A stretch of 64,000 bases of DNA, taken from a virus. The stretch is from IMG/VR virus record IMGVR_UViG_3300030687_000017, one strand, 5' to 3'. The position numbers and the translations under genes are program-made. Positions 18,317 to 28,551 of the stretch are shown piece by piece. The number at the start of each line of letters is the position of its first letter. Within the stretch, counting starts at the first letter, position 1. The notes beneath the pieces were generated by a model. That model searched no databases. It worked only from the letters and a program-made list of their open reading frames with translations, and had not been told where the DNA came from.

Positions 18317-19374
18317 GTACCACATCTCAGATTCCGTTCTTCGGGCAGGCATGGGAGCTGATCATAACGTACACGGACGCCAACGGCGTAGACCAAGACC
18401 TTACCGTGTCCACCAACGCATGGGAGCCGGAATCGCTGCGTATAACGTTTGAAATAGTGCAGTCCACGATACCGTCTCCTTGGTGGTACGCTGACATCGT
18501 CGTATACAACCTTAGTCAGGAGACAATCAACAACATAGTACTGGCGGCTACTAAGGTCAGGCTTAAGGCGGGTTTCCAGACCGGCCCAGCGCTGAGTTCG
18601 GTGGTGTGGGACGGCCCCATATTCCAGGTATTGCTGGATGAAGAGAACGTCATCGACACGCGCGTAACACTGCACTGCGTGGCCAATCCGATATCCATGG
18701 CCAACCCGGTGGCCTTCTCCATCGGCCCGTACGCGCAGCAGGCTCAGCTGCTTACACAGATGGCCGGCAACATTGGTCTGCCTCCTATGGAGAACAGTCA
18801 GAATACAGCCACGCTGAGCGAGCATGCGCAAGCAGCATTGACAGCCAAGCAGTATCCGCGTGGAAACACCGTGTTCCATACGATGGGCGACTACCTGGAC
18901 ATCGTATCATCCGACCAGAACCTGTCAACGTTTCGCAAAGGCAATGCGGCGTACATGACCGAGATCGGCAATATCGGTTCTGGCCTAGCCACGCCTGCTC
19001 CTGATCTTATCTATGCATTGCCCACTCCAATAGGAACTGTAGCGTCGGGACTGCCGGCCGGAACTACGCAGAGTATCATAGGCACTCCTCGCCAAACTCC
19101 GCAAGGAATCATATTCACGGTGCTGCTAGACCCACGTCTCAAGGTGACACTGCCAGTGCAAGTAGTGCAGTTGGCCGGCAACCTGCTCATAACGCAACAA
19201 GTAATTCAAGTAGGTCAGTTCCAGAACCCGCTCAACACGCTGCAGTTCGTCGTACAAGTAAGGCATGTCGGCGACTCACGTGGAAACGACTGGTACACGG
19301 AAGTAACCGGCTGCAGTACCACGTTCGCCTCCAACCTGCTGGATGGCCTGCTGTCGGCCACATCGCCAACCTAG
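18298..19374 (+). CDS. putative baseplate hub protein (P2 gpD / XkdQ-like)
   Basis: 358 aa; position before the spike-like gene; weak recalled similarity only. Confidence 0.4.
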   Translation: MGRYRMSTTSQIPFFGQAWELIITYTDANGVDQDLTVSTNAWEPESLRITFEIVQSTIPSPWWYADIVVYNLSQETINNIVLAATKVRLKAGFQTGPALSSVVWDGPIFQVLLDEENVIDTRVTLHCVANPISMANPVAFSIGPYAQQAQLLTQMAGNIGLPPMENSQNTATLSEHAQAALTAKQYPRGNTVFHTMGDYLDIVSSDQNLSTFRKGNAAYMTEIGNIGSGLATPAPDLIYALPTPIGTVASGLPAGTTQSIIGTPRQTPQGIIFTVLLDPRLKVTLPVQVVQLAGNLLITQQVIQVGQFQNPLNTLQFVVQVRHVGDSRGNDWYTEVTGCSTTFASNLLDGLLSATSPT

Positions 19375-19381
19375 GAGTCGC

Positions 19382-20137
19382 ATGTCAAGCACGCCCAACA
19401 CGCCCGGTCTTACACTGGCACAGGTAACGGCCTCAGACACCAGTCAGTGGAAGCTGATTGTCAAGCAAGCCTTGGCCAAGGCGCGCGTTGCCACACCGGC
19501 GTTCCTAACAGAAGACATCAACGGCAGCGCGCAGACCGTAACCGTGCAGATAGCCATACAGGAGCGAGTGCGCTACAACGGGCAGCAGCAGTGGTGGGAC
19601 GTGCCGCCCATCATCAACGTGCCAATCCTATTGCCGCGCGGAGGAGGATTTAGCGTGACATTGCCCTTGAAGAAGGGCGACCAGGGGATGCTGATATTCT
19701 GCGACACTTGCTTCGACAATTGGTGGCTGCACGGTCAGCAGAACGCCCCTCCGGCTCAGAATCCAAAGCCGGTGTCGTGGCCTATACCATCCGGCACGCA
19801 GCGCCAGCTTGAAGTCCGCAGGCACCATGTGCACGACTGCGGGTTCTTTCCAGGCATGTGGAGCCAGAACAACCTGCTTTCAGACTACTCCACCGACTCA
19901 CTGCAGATTCGGTCAGACGACGGTAATACTATCATCGACGTGGCAGAAGCAGGAGTCACCATCAGTGGAGCGTCTGTAACAGCTAAGAACGATGGTATGG
20001 CATTGGCGCTAGTAAACGATACCTTCTACCAGTGGTTCGTTACCAATATCATGCCATATCTAGCTACACTGTCGCCGCCTTATACTGGTCCTGCCGTGCC
20101 TACAGGCTCAGAGACCACCATTTTGAAGGGACAGTAG
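19382..20137 (+). CDS. putative baseplate central spike (gpV-like, OB-fold N-domain)
   Basis: ATG 19382 after AGGAG; segment VTVQIAIQERVRYNG..WDVPPIINVPILLPRGGGFSVTLPLKKGDQGMLIF fits the gpV/gp5 N-terminal OB-fold pattern. Confidence 0.5.
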   Translation: MSSTPNTPGLTLAQVTASDTSQWKLIVKQALAKARVATPAFLTEDINGSAQTVTVQIAIQERVRYNGQQQWWDVPPIINVPILLPRGGGFSVTLPLKKGDQGMLIFCDTCFDNWWLHGQQNAPPAQNPKPVSWPIPSGTQRQLEVRRHHVHDCGFFPGMWSQNNLLSDYSTDSLQIRSDDGNTIIDVAEAGVTISGASVTAKNDGMALALVNDTFYQWFVTNIMPYLATLSPPYTGPAVPTGSETTILKGQ

Positions 20138-20140
20138 TTC

Positions 20141-20539
20141 ATGGCCAACGTAGCCCCTACGATGCAGTACCTGCTGCTGGACGCAGGATACGACCCTATA
20201 TTTGACCCCAACGCCAATCTTACAGATACGTCTGCAGTAGCACAGGCCATCAAGACCCGTTTGAATCTGTTCCTTGGAGAGTGGTGGGAGAACCTGAATA
20301 TCGGGCTACCAGTGTTCCAAGCCATACTTGGGCAACTCGGAACACCGCAAGGGCTGGCCGCCATGGAGCTGGCCATACGCCAGAACATCGAGGGCGGACC
20401 ATATGTAACCGGCACCAACAACGTGCAGGTGACGTTCACGAATGGTCGACTAGGCATAACGGCCAACACCACCACGCAATTTGGTCCGGTTGCCATAAAT
20501 ACAGCACCAGCCTTGAGCGAATCAAGTCTAGACGCGTAA
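20141..20539 (+). CDS. putative baseplate wedge protein (gpW/gp25 or XkdS-like)
   Basis: 132 aa, position before the J-like gene; GEWWENLNIGLP loosely resembles the gp25 family motif. Confidence 0.4.
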   Translation: MANVAPTMQYLLLDAGYDPIFDPNANLTDTSAVAQAIKTRLNLFLGEWWENLNIGLPVFQAILGQLGTPQGLAAMELAIRQNIEGGPYVTGTNNVQVTFTNGRLGITANTTTQFGPVAINTAPALSESSLDA

Positions 20540-20555
20540 AGCAGCAAGGAGAATC

Positions 20556-21974
20556 ATGAGCACACCCGCCTATGCTCCACCGTCCGTAACGGCGAGCGGA
20601 CTCACCGTTCCCTCGTACCCGTCGATCCTTGCCGACAACCTGCAAGCGTTCTTGAACATATATGGCATCAATCAGTATGTTGGCCCAGACTCGGCCATCT
20701 ACCAGCTGTTGAGCATCATCTCCCTGAAGCAATCCGACACCATGCAGGCTGCACAGTTGGCGTACAACCAGTCATCGCCACAAACGGCCGTGGGAGCTGG
20801 CCTAGATAGGCAAGTGAAGATGAACGGGCTGGCGCGCGAGGCGTTCACATTCTCTACCGTACTGCTGAATCTAGTTGGCACAGGATTGTCGACTATTACG
20901 AACGGATTCGCACAGGATCAGAATGGTAACCTGTGGGCACTTCCTTCGACGGTTACATTTCCTCTCAGCGGGATAATCAGCGTAACGGCGACTTGCACCA
21001 CTCCAGGAGCTATTGCCGCCGAGCCGGGGCAGGTCAACGTCATCAACACGCCGACGTCTGGTTGGAGTACTGTCACCAATCCAACAGCAGCGACTGTGGG
21101 CGACGTAGTGGAGTCCGACTCCAGTCTGCGTGCGCGTCAAGCGGTGTCAGTGGCGCTGCCATCTCTAACTCCTGTGGCATCCACCATAGCTGCCATTTTA
21201 GCCGCACCCGGAGTCATTCGCGTTGCTCCGGGTTACCCCACGCCAGGTGGCCCAGGGTCTTCTATCGAGAATCCGACGGGAGCCGTGGACAGTTGGGGCA
21301 ACCCGCCCCACTCCATCTCAATGGTCGTGCAATGCACCAACGTACTAAGTGTGGCCACGGCGATCTACCAGAAAAAGACGATCGGTTGCTTCACCAACGG
21401 TACCACGACGAATCCAGTGATTGATCCAAATACTGGCGTGACCGAGGACATCAGCTTCTTTTTGCCAACGGTGTATCCCATATTCGTGCTCACCACGTTG
21501 ACTGGCTACGGTACTACGCCTAACAGTGCCGTGCTAAGTGCGGTGCAGGCTGCGTTGGTAACGTACCTAAACGAACTGGCCATTGGCGAGACTGTGTCCA
21601 TCGGAGCTATTTATTTCGAGATCATGAACGTGAACACCAACCTGATCGCGCCGAACTTCGGAACAGTATCTGTACAACTTGGTGTAACAACGGCTTCTAC
21701 CACGGGCACGTATGGCCTTGCCGCATCGTCTATGGTAGTGGCCTCAGCTACTGGCATCATAGCCGGTCAACTGGTCTCTGGTCCCGGCATCGCGCCTGGA
21801 ACATTGACTGGAACCCCGTCAGGCACTACCATACCGTTGACAATTCCAACTACAGCTGCCAGTACCGGAGGCGCGGTTTCGTTCTCCACGCTCGGCGTCG
21901 TCGACATCGTTATGCCAAACTTCTACTATGCCGCTGAGGGTATCGCCGGCAACATAGGAGTGGTCACGGTATGA
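20556..21974 (+). CDS. putative baseplate J-like protein
   Basis: 472 aa after the W-like gene; ATGA-coupled to the next gene; synteny. Confidence 0.45.
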   Translation: MSTPAYAPPSVTASGLTVPSYPSILADNLQAFLNIYGINQYVGPDSAIYQLLSIISLKQSDTMQAAQLAYNQSSPQTAVGAGLDRQVKMNGLAREAFTFSTVLLNLVGTGLSTITNGFAQDQNGNLWALPSTVTFPLSGIISVTATCTTPGAIAAEPGQVNVINTPTSGWSTVTNPTAATVGDVVESDSSLRARQAVSVALPSLTPVASTIAAILAAPGVIRVAPGYPTPGGPGSSIENPTGAVDSWGNPPHSISMVVQCTNVLSVATAIYQKKTIGCFTNGTTTNPVIDPNTGVTEDISFFLPTVYPIFVLTTLTGYGTTPNSAVLSAVQAALVTYLNELAIGETVSIGAIYFEIMNVNTNLIAPNFGTVSVQLGVTTASTTGTYGLAASSMVVASATGIIAGQLVSGPGIAPGTLTGTPSGTTIPLTIPTTAASTGGAVSFSTLGVVDIVMPNFYYAAEGIAGNIGVVTV

Positions 21975-22606
21975 GTAGCAACCCGTACTACGGCACGCAA
22001 GGTTATGGCACCGGAGGCTACGGCAATGAGCCGCTGGAAACACTGCCCATCGGATACTATATAGGGCTGCTGACGAGCCAGTACGCCAATTCCAAGAAGC
22101 TGAACGCGTTGCTCTACGTTCTGCTGAAGAAATTCGATGACGCCAGCCAGTGCCTGGTTCAAATGGACACGTCGCTCGACCTGGACAGCGCCATTGGCGC
22201 GCAACTGGACATGCTAGGAGCCACGGTCGGCGCATTCCGCACGGTGAACTTCCAGCCAAGCGGCGGAGTCAGCCCAATCCTGGACGACGCCACATTTCGC
22301 ATCTACATCAAGGCGAAGATCGCGACCAACCAGTGGGATGGTACGATTGTCAGCCTGTACCCAATCTGGAAGCAACTATTTCCTGGCGGTACAATCGTGG
22401 TCATCGACAATCAGAATATGACTGTGGATCTCACCCTTACAGGATCATTCACATCTATACTGCAGGATCTAATCGTGCACGGCTACATCGTACCGCGTCC
22501 CGAGGGCGTGCTCTATACGTACCTGTTCGGTGTCTTGCCCTTCTTCGGATTTGGCAGCTCGCCGGGATTCATATCTGGATTCGACACGGGACACTGGGCC
22601 GGCTAA
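21971..22606 (+). CDS. putative tail protein I-like / XkdU-like
   Basis: 211 aa following the J-like gene, preceding the tail fibre gene. Confidence 0.4.
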   Translation: MSSNPYYGTQGYGTGGYGNEPLETLPIGYYIGLLTSQYANSKKLNALLYVLLKKFDDASQCLVQMDTSLDLDSAIGAQLDMLGATVGAFRTVNFQPSGGVSPILDDATFRIYIKAKIATNQWDGTIVSLYPIWKQLFPGGTIVVIDNQNMTVDLTLTGSFTSILQDLIVHGYIVPRPEGVLYTYLFGVLPFFGFGSSPGFISGFDTGHWAG

Positions 22607-22624
22607 CCGCGGGCAAGGAGCTAC

Positions 22625-23665
22625 ATGGCAACCACCAATCTTCTGCAGTGGAATCCCACCGCAGCGAATCAAGAGAATGATGCGGCCTACTTGGCCGACT
22701 CACAGCGCGCGGGAGGAGCGACGGACCCCTCCCTGTTCCTTTCGCCGCTAGCGAACAAGGTGTTCTACCAGATGTCCACGTATCTGACTGCCCTGTTCAC
22801 GGCGTTCGCTGCCAAGGGCTTCACTACGTCGGACTCCAATCTGTCTACGCTTACCGCCCAGTGCGCCAACTTCCTGACGTCGGCGGACTTCAGGGCCAAT
22901 TTGCAGCTGGTGACGTACGCGCCAAATGTAACGTTCGACATGTCGCAGTCGCTGGGATTCGAAGTAAGACTCACCGGTAATGCGGATATAACGATAATCA
23001 ATCAGCAAGTTGGCGATTTACTGACTGTGGTACTATCTCAGGATGCCACGGGCGGGAGAACAGTCACGTGGTCCGGCGATGTAATTGGCGCAGGCGCTCT
23101 GGATACGTCGCCGAACGCGGAGTGCATATTGCTGTTCAAGGTCGACGTCAACAGCAATCTGGTTCCAGCCGCGCCCGTGCTATCCGATATTAACGGTATA
23201 GTAGGCACCGCCATAGGTGCCGCCGCGCCGTCGACCGGAGCGTTCACCACGCTGACGTTGGCCGCACCGGGTGCGGCTGGCCAGGTGCTGACGAACGTCG
23301 GTGGGTTCTTTGTGCCGCAATCGCCAGGTTTTTCACGCGTAACAAACTCAAACGGTAGTTACAGAATCTCTCCTGATGGAACCATAGAAGTGTGGGGTAG
23401 CATCAACGTCCCATCCACCGGCAACCAGTTTGCGAATGCTGCTATTGTCTTTCCACACGGTTTTACAGCAGTGCCAGGACTGCAGGTAACCGTACAAGGC
23501 TTGCCAAGTCCTAGCGCACACGCCAACGATATAGCTTCCGCCAGCGCGGTGTCAGTAACCACCACCGGAGCACAAGTATTCCTACAATGCTCCGTTCCTA
23601 CAGGTGGTGGTGGTGCAAACTTCGACCAGGCAGTCACACTGGCGTTCTACGCGATAGGAAACTAA
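22625..23665 (+). CDS. tail fibre protein
   Basis: 346 aa, Gly/Thr/Ala-rich with motif ...APSTGAFTTLTLAAPG... shared with the downstream giant proteins. Confidence 0.55.
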   Translation: MATTNLLQWNPTAANQENDAAYLADSQRAGGATDPSLFLSPLANKVFYQMSTYLTALFTAFAAKGFTTSDSNLSTLTAQCANFLTSADFRANLQLVTYAPNVTFDMSQSLGFEVRLTGNADITIINQQVGDLLTVVLSQDATGGRTVTWSGDVIGAGALDTSPNAECILLFKVDVNSNLVPAAPVLSDINGIVGTAIGAAAPSTGAFTTLTLAAPGAAGQVLTNVGGFFVPQSPGFSRVTNSNGSYRISPDGTIEVWGSINVPSTGNQFANAAIVFPHGFTAVPGLQVTVQGLPSPSAHANDIASASAVSVTTTGAQVFLQCSVPTGGGGANFDQAVTLAFYAIGN

Positions 23666-23668
23666 ATC

Positions 23669-24049
23669 ATGGCCAGTGAGACGACGACTCCGAATATAGG
23701 ACTGCAAATTCCGGCGTACAACCAGCCGAACTGGCAGGTTCCTACAAACTACAATTGGAACCTGCTGGATCTGATGCTTGGCGGCATCATACCGATGCCC
23801 GCCTTGGCCGACTTCATCATCACGAATCTGGGCGAACAGATTGCCGCCAACGCCGTCACGGAGACCCCCGTGGGGGTCATACCTGGAAACTCTTACACAT
23901 GCAGCCAGGTGCCTAACTTCATATTCGGATTCTACTGGAACGGCATCCTACAACGCGACGGTATTGATTTTACGCTCTCCGGAGCCGTTATCACGATGAC
24001 CAACAATGCAACTGCTACTGGAGACAATGTTTATGTCAAGTACATCTAA
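23669..24049 (+). CDS. small tail-fibre-associated protein (126 aa)
   Basis: Immediately after the fibre gene; function unknown, possibly a fibre assembly/adaptor protein. Confidence 0.4.
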   Translation: MASETTTPNIGLQIPAYNQPNWQVPTNYNWNLLDLMLGGIIPMPALADFIITNLGEQIAANAVTETPVGVIPGNSYTCSQVPNFIFGFYWNGILQRDGIDFTLSGAVITMTNNATATGDNVYVKYI

Positions 24050-27000
24050 GCGTGCGCTGCTTTGCTTTCTGCTCTTCTTTTGCGCCGCTTTCGCCGTCTC
24101 CGCGCAGACTGTGATAAACCCCGCGTCGCAAATTCGGTGGCCGGCAATCACAGGCACGGTGGATCCGGTGTCGCCATTGTGGACGTGCACCTCGGTCAAC
24201 TATGGGCAACCGTACACCAACACTGTAAGCAACACGTTATTCGTGTGCTCTTCCGCCGGATGGGTGAATACGGCTGGCGCTGGAACGGCCATTAGCGTCA
24301 ATGGCTCAGGCCCGCTGTCGTCACCCGTGAACTTCGCCAACTCGAGCGGCAATGGGGCGATCAACGTCACCAACCCTTCGGGAATCAATGTACTAGAGAC
24401 TCTGGCGAACCCCTTCTCTCTCATCAACGGGGTCAATTGCCCCCTGGGTAGTGCCGGATGCGCCATACCTCCCTTCTGCGCTGGCCCAACCTGCGCTAAT
24501 CTCGACCAGAATAACCCCGGATTCAGCGTCGGCGCAGCTCTTACTACGACTGCCTCAATCACCTCGACATCCCTTGTCATTCCAGTAGCGTCCACCGCAG
24601 GATGGCCGTCTACGGGATGTGGATGGACGAACGGAGCGGTGGAGTTTATATGCTGGGATTCGACAACCCCCACGTCGCTTGTATTGAATCAGCTAAGCCT
24701 TCGTCGCGGAGGTAACGCATACGCGGCTGTGTCTCATCCGATCAACACCAATATTATCGGAGCCGTCTACACACAGGCATCTAGTCCCACGACCCAGCAG
24801 AATTTTCAGGTGGCCTCGTCGGGTCAAGGTGGCTTGTTCAATGGAATCAATCCGGGCGTAACATTCCAGACGTCATTCGGCGGCACGGTTTACATGCCCG
24901 ACCTGCTCGCAGCAGAGGGGGGGATATACGCTCCGAATGGAATCGCGTTCCAGCCGGGTGGAGGAAACTTCGTTAATAGCAAGTCGAGCGCTACGTCGCA
25001 GTTCGTCACCTGCACGCCCGTAGGAACGCCCAGTGGGCTGTTCTGTAACGATGAGGGGAACTGGGTTGCGGCGGGTGGCGGATTCTCTTTGACGGCGGGA
25101 TTTCTCCCCTATGCTGTAACATCTTCTACGCTCGGTGACTCGCCCATCGACAACGGAATCACCAACCCAGGCGATGTGACCATATCCCTACCCCTGACCG
25201 TGGGTCCCCAAGACAATACTAATCAACCATCTCTCTATGTTTACGAAGAGAACTTTGGATCAGGCGGAGAACTTTCTCCGATGTTAGGAGTGCAAGGTGC
25301 CGCAGGAGTCCCGTTCAGGATAGAGGGAAGCTTGGCGACAAATAGCGCGTGGACGGATGTGGTAAATGGGATTTACATGGGTCCACTTGACGACGAATCC
25401 GAAAGCTCTTTCCCAACTGGTAGTATCTGTTCATCGCAGGCTCAAGTCGGCGGGGGGAATCCTTTTGCTTGCGAAACATTTCTGACCAATACGATCACAT
25501 TCAACACCGCAGCGGTTAGTGGTGCGCCCGGCGGCTCCGTTACTTTTCAGAACGCCGGATCTACAATCACCACGATTGTACCTACCGGCCTAGAACTCAA
25601 CTACCTAACCCCCAGCACCAGCCCGCTCTGCTATCCCGCAGGCTCTCCTGCGGTGGTAACTAACGTTGGCTGCACGGGCGGTGGACTCTCCGGCCTCACC
25701 ACGGGATTCTTTCCGATTGCAACGTCATCCACGACTGTGGGCAATTCCCTGCTCGACTACAACGTTACAAATCCAGGCTACTTCACGTTTGGAGCGCCGA
25801 TTCTCGCGGCTACGGGTAGCGAGGTAAACGGATCGCTAATCTGCACGGCGGCGAACGCGGTATGTCCAGCGACCGCAGGAATAACGTCCGTCATCGGCCC
25901 TGTCACGACCGTTACCGGCCCTTCAATCTCCATCGTTGGAGCCGGGGTAACGCAGACGGGAAGCACCTTCACCATCGGTGGGGGAGGCTCGGGCTGCGCT
26001 ATCGGAACTTGCGTGAACAACGCCGGAACCAGCAATCAGTTCGTCACGCAGTCAACTGGCACGTCCTACGGATTCACCGAAACCAACACGACGCCGAGCA
26101 ACAGCTTCCAATTCGATCAGACGGCGTTCGACAGCTTCAGCCCCGGTCACAATAGCGGTCAGAGTTTCAACGGCAACAGCGACTGGTCGGTGTTTTCGGT
26201 TCACCCGGGTTCATTCGAGTCCGCAACTGCTGGCATCAGTCAGTATGAGGGCTGTCTCTTCGCGCACACCTCCGAGGGCGACACCCACTGCAGCTACGAC
26301 TACATGTCCGCGGTCATAAACTTGGTGAACGCTAATGACGAGGGCGGCTGCTGGAAGTGCGTCCACATCAAGCAAGTGGGCGAACTATTCGGTCCCGTGG
26401 TATCTGCCACCTCGGGGGCCAATAGTACTACGCTGCTCGTGGTTACCGGGCCATCGCAGGCGGGCGACTGGAGTGAAATGCCCGCTAATTCCAACCAGTT
26501 TCCGGTTGGGCTGTTTATGGTCAATCAGACCACCGGGGTCTCGGGGCCATATACGGTAAGCGTCTACACGCCCAACGTGGACGGAGCCAATGAGTACACC
26601 CTAAGTTCGGGTACCGTAACGCCCTCGACGGCCTATGGAACCATCGCGAGCTGCACGAGTTCGCTCCAAGGAAACTTCGGCGTGTACGGCGCGCAGAACT
26701 GCACGATCAACGTCCTCGGTGGAACGAACGTAGCAGGCTTCGCGACGGGCTCAGATATCTTCCAAGTCGGAACGAAGGAGGAAGAGGACACTGTCACCAG
26801 CGTCGGGACACTCGGCGGCGGAACTCAGACCATCGTGCTTGAATCGCAGTATCCATTCCACACGGGAGACTTTATCGGGCAGGGCGGCCCGGGCGGGCAG
26901 GTTCTAGGCCCGAACGGTTCAACAGTGGCCACGGTCGATTTCATCGCTGGCGCCATCGACTCCACCCATGTAATCTTCGGGCATTGCGTAAAGGGAAGCT

Positions 27001-28550
27001 GCGCGGGCAACGGAAACGTCGTCAAGCCAAGCGCGAACCTCCTGCCCAACCTGTCGCTCTCACGCAACAGCGGCACGGGCGTGGTGACGGCCACGGCTCC
27101 GAACACCAACTTTCCCCCCTACTTCTGGCCCGCCGGTTCGACCATCGTCGTCAGCGGGGCGACACCGTCCGACCTGAACGGGACTTTCACCGTCGCTTCG
27201 AACACGCTAAACCTCTACAACATCGTCCTCACGTGGACACAGTCCGGAGCGACCGAGACGGGCACCGGAGCCACCATCACGTCGCCACTGCCCCAGATCA
27301 AGATGTACGGGGCTGCAATGATCTGCGGCACCAACAACGGCACGCAGGGCGACGCTAACCTTTGCACCAACCACGCGACTTGGAACGTGGCTGACTCGGT
27401 CGTTGGTTCCTCCTCGTCTGAGTACGAGGCCCAGGGTGCGACGATACGAATGGCGCAGTATACGGGGATCGACTTCAGCTTTCCCAGCGTCGGTATTACG
27501 CTGAATGACATCGGGCCGGTCGACGTCCTGTATGGGATGCGCGTGCAAAACAATCCGGGAAATGGGGTCGCCAACACTGCGTATGACATCGACGGCTCAT
27601 ACTCCCAATTCATCCATTCGTACTTCACGCCAGGCAACAACGGGTGCGTGCTGTGCGTTGTCGACGCGAATCCTAACGGCGGAACCCCGCTCCCGTACTT
27701 TATCTTCGACGAGCTGGGCTCCAACGGCGGCATCCTCTACACCTACTCGGCGAACAGCTACACGTTCGGAAACAACGGCCCCACTGGAACGGTGATAGCC
27801 AAGGAGGTGACTGCCACAAGCGCGGCGAGTTCCTTCGCTGCGGGAACGACCATCGGTGGCATCCTTCCATGCCTGCAGAATGGAACAGATTGTCCGAGCG
27901 TAAGTATTCCATGGGCGACCCCGGGTGCAATCGGATCCACGACGCCGAATAGCGGAGCGTTCACCACTTTGACGGCAACGAGCCTTGCGCTCGGTTCATC
28001 ACCTCCGACCTGTGGCGCTGGAGTATCTGGTTGTGGCGCCTTTGCGGAAGCAGGAACGCCCGTTACCGCAGCGGCTGGTGTGGACACTATCCGCGCAGAC
28101 TCCTCTCACTTGTTCAAGCTGACTCTAAACGGCGGGTCGGAATTCACGTCCCTCATGAACTTCTCCACCGTCAATTTGGCCAGCGGCTCGGCTGGAGGAG
28201 TCACCGGACTTCTACCGAACGCGAACATAGCGCACCCATACACCGCCATCTCCAATCCGATCACCTCCGCCGGAGGCGGCAGTGGAACGGGAACGATCAC
28301 CTGCCTGACGGCGACGTGCACGAATCTGCGAGGAACTTACTCTGTCGCGGGTGGCACGTTTGCGACTGGTACGTTCTTGACGTTGGTGTGGCCCACGACT
28401 ACTACGGCGTACGCTTGCACCGCTACGCAGAACGGCGGGGCTAGTCTAGGCATCGGGAACTCAGTCGCAACGGCAACAGGCGTCAGCTTCACCAACACCG
28501 CCACAATCCTGGGCACCACAGTAACCATTAACTACCAGTGCCAACCTTAA
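24033..28550 (+). CDS. giant (about 1505 aa) secreted beta-rich protein with cleavable Sec-type signal peptide; fibre/tailspike-related repeats
   Basis: Start MSSTSKRALLCFLLFFCAAFAVSA|QT (n-region, h-region, AxA site). Extremely Gly/Thr/Ser/Asn-rich; C-terminal ~130 aa homologous to the N-terminal region of the next protein and to the tail fibre motif. Confidence 0.6.
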   Translation: MSSTSKRALLCFLLFFCAAFAVSAQTVINPASQIRWPAITGTVDPVSPLWTCTSVNYGQPYTNTVSNTLFVCSSAGWVNTAGAGTAISVNGSGPLSSPVNFANSSGNGAINVTNPSGINVLETLANPFSLINGVNCPLGSAGCAIPPFCAGPTCANLDQNNPGFSVGAALTTTASITSTSLVIPVASTAGWPSTGCGWTNGAVEFICWDSTTPTSLVLNQLSLRRGGNAYAAVSHPINTNIIGAVYTQASSPTTQQNFQVASSGQGGLFNGINPGVTFQTSFGGTVYMPDLLAAEGGIYAPNGIAFQPGGGNFVNSKSSATSQFVTCTPVGTPSGLFCNDEGNWVAAGGGFSLTAGFLPYAVTSSTLGDSPIDNGITNPGDVTISLPLTVGPQDNTNQPSLYVYEENFGSGGELSPMLGVQGAAGVPFRIEGSLATNSAWTDVVNGIYMGPLDDESESSFPTGSICSSQAQVGGGNPFACETFLTNTITFNTAAVSGAPGGSVTFQNAGSTITTIVPTGLELNYLTPSTSPLCYPAGSPAVVTNVGCTGGGLSGLTTGFFPIATSSTTVGNSLLDYNVTNPGYFTFGAPILAATGSEVNGSLICTAANAVCPATAGITSVIGPVTTVTGPSISIVGAGVTQTGSTFTIGGGGSGCAIGTCVNNAGTSNQFVTQSTGTSYGFTETNTTPSNSFQFDQTAFDSFSPGHNSGQSFNGNSDWSVFSVHPGSFESATAGISQYEGCLFAHTSEGDTHCSYDYMSAVINLVNANDEGGCWKCVHIKQVGELFGPVVSATSGANSTTLLVVTGPSQAGDWSEMPANSNQFPVGLFMVNQTTGVSGPYTVSVYTPNVDGANEYTLSSGTVTPSTAYGTIASCTSSLQGNFGVYGAQNCTINVLGGTNVAGFATGSDIFQVGTKEEEDTVTSVGTLGGGTQTIVLESQYPFHTGDFIGQGGPGGQVLGPNGSTVATVDFIAGAIDSTHVIFGHCVKGSCAGNGNVVKPSANLLPNLSLSRNSGTGVVTATAPNTNFPPYFWPAGSTIVVSGATPSDLNGTFTVASNTLNLYNIVLTWTQSGATETGTGATITSPLPQIKMYGAAMICGTNNGTQGDANLCTNHATWNVADSVVGSSSSEYEAQGATIRMAQYTGIDFSFPSVGITLNDIGPVDVLYGMRVQNNPGNGVANTAYDIDGSYSQFIHSYFTPGNNGCVLCVVDANPNGGTPLPYFIFDELGSNGGILYTYSANSYTFGNNGPTGTVIAKEVTATSAASSFAAGTTIGGILPCLQNGTDCPSVSIPWATPGAIGSTTPNSGAFTTLTATSLALGSSPPTCGAGVSGCGAFAEAGTPVTAAAGVDTIRADSSHLFKLTLNGGSEFTSLMNFSTVNLASGSAGGVTGLLPNANIAHPYTAISNPITSAGGGSGTGTITCLTATCTNLRGTYSVAGGTFATGTFLTLVWPTTTTAYACTATQNGGASLGIGNSVATATGVSFTNTATILGTTVTINYQCQP

Positions 28551-28551
28551 G

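Noticed and set aside
24006-24032. Upstream ATG 24006 or 24027 as the start of the giant protein
   Set aside because: ATG 24033 has proper GGAGA spacing (8 nt) and yields a canonical signal peptide; the longer form adds MQLLLETMF inside the preceding gene's 3' end.
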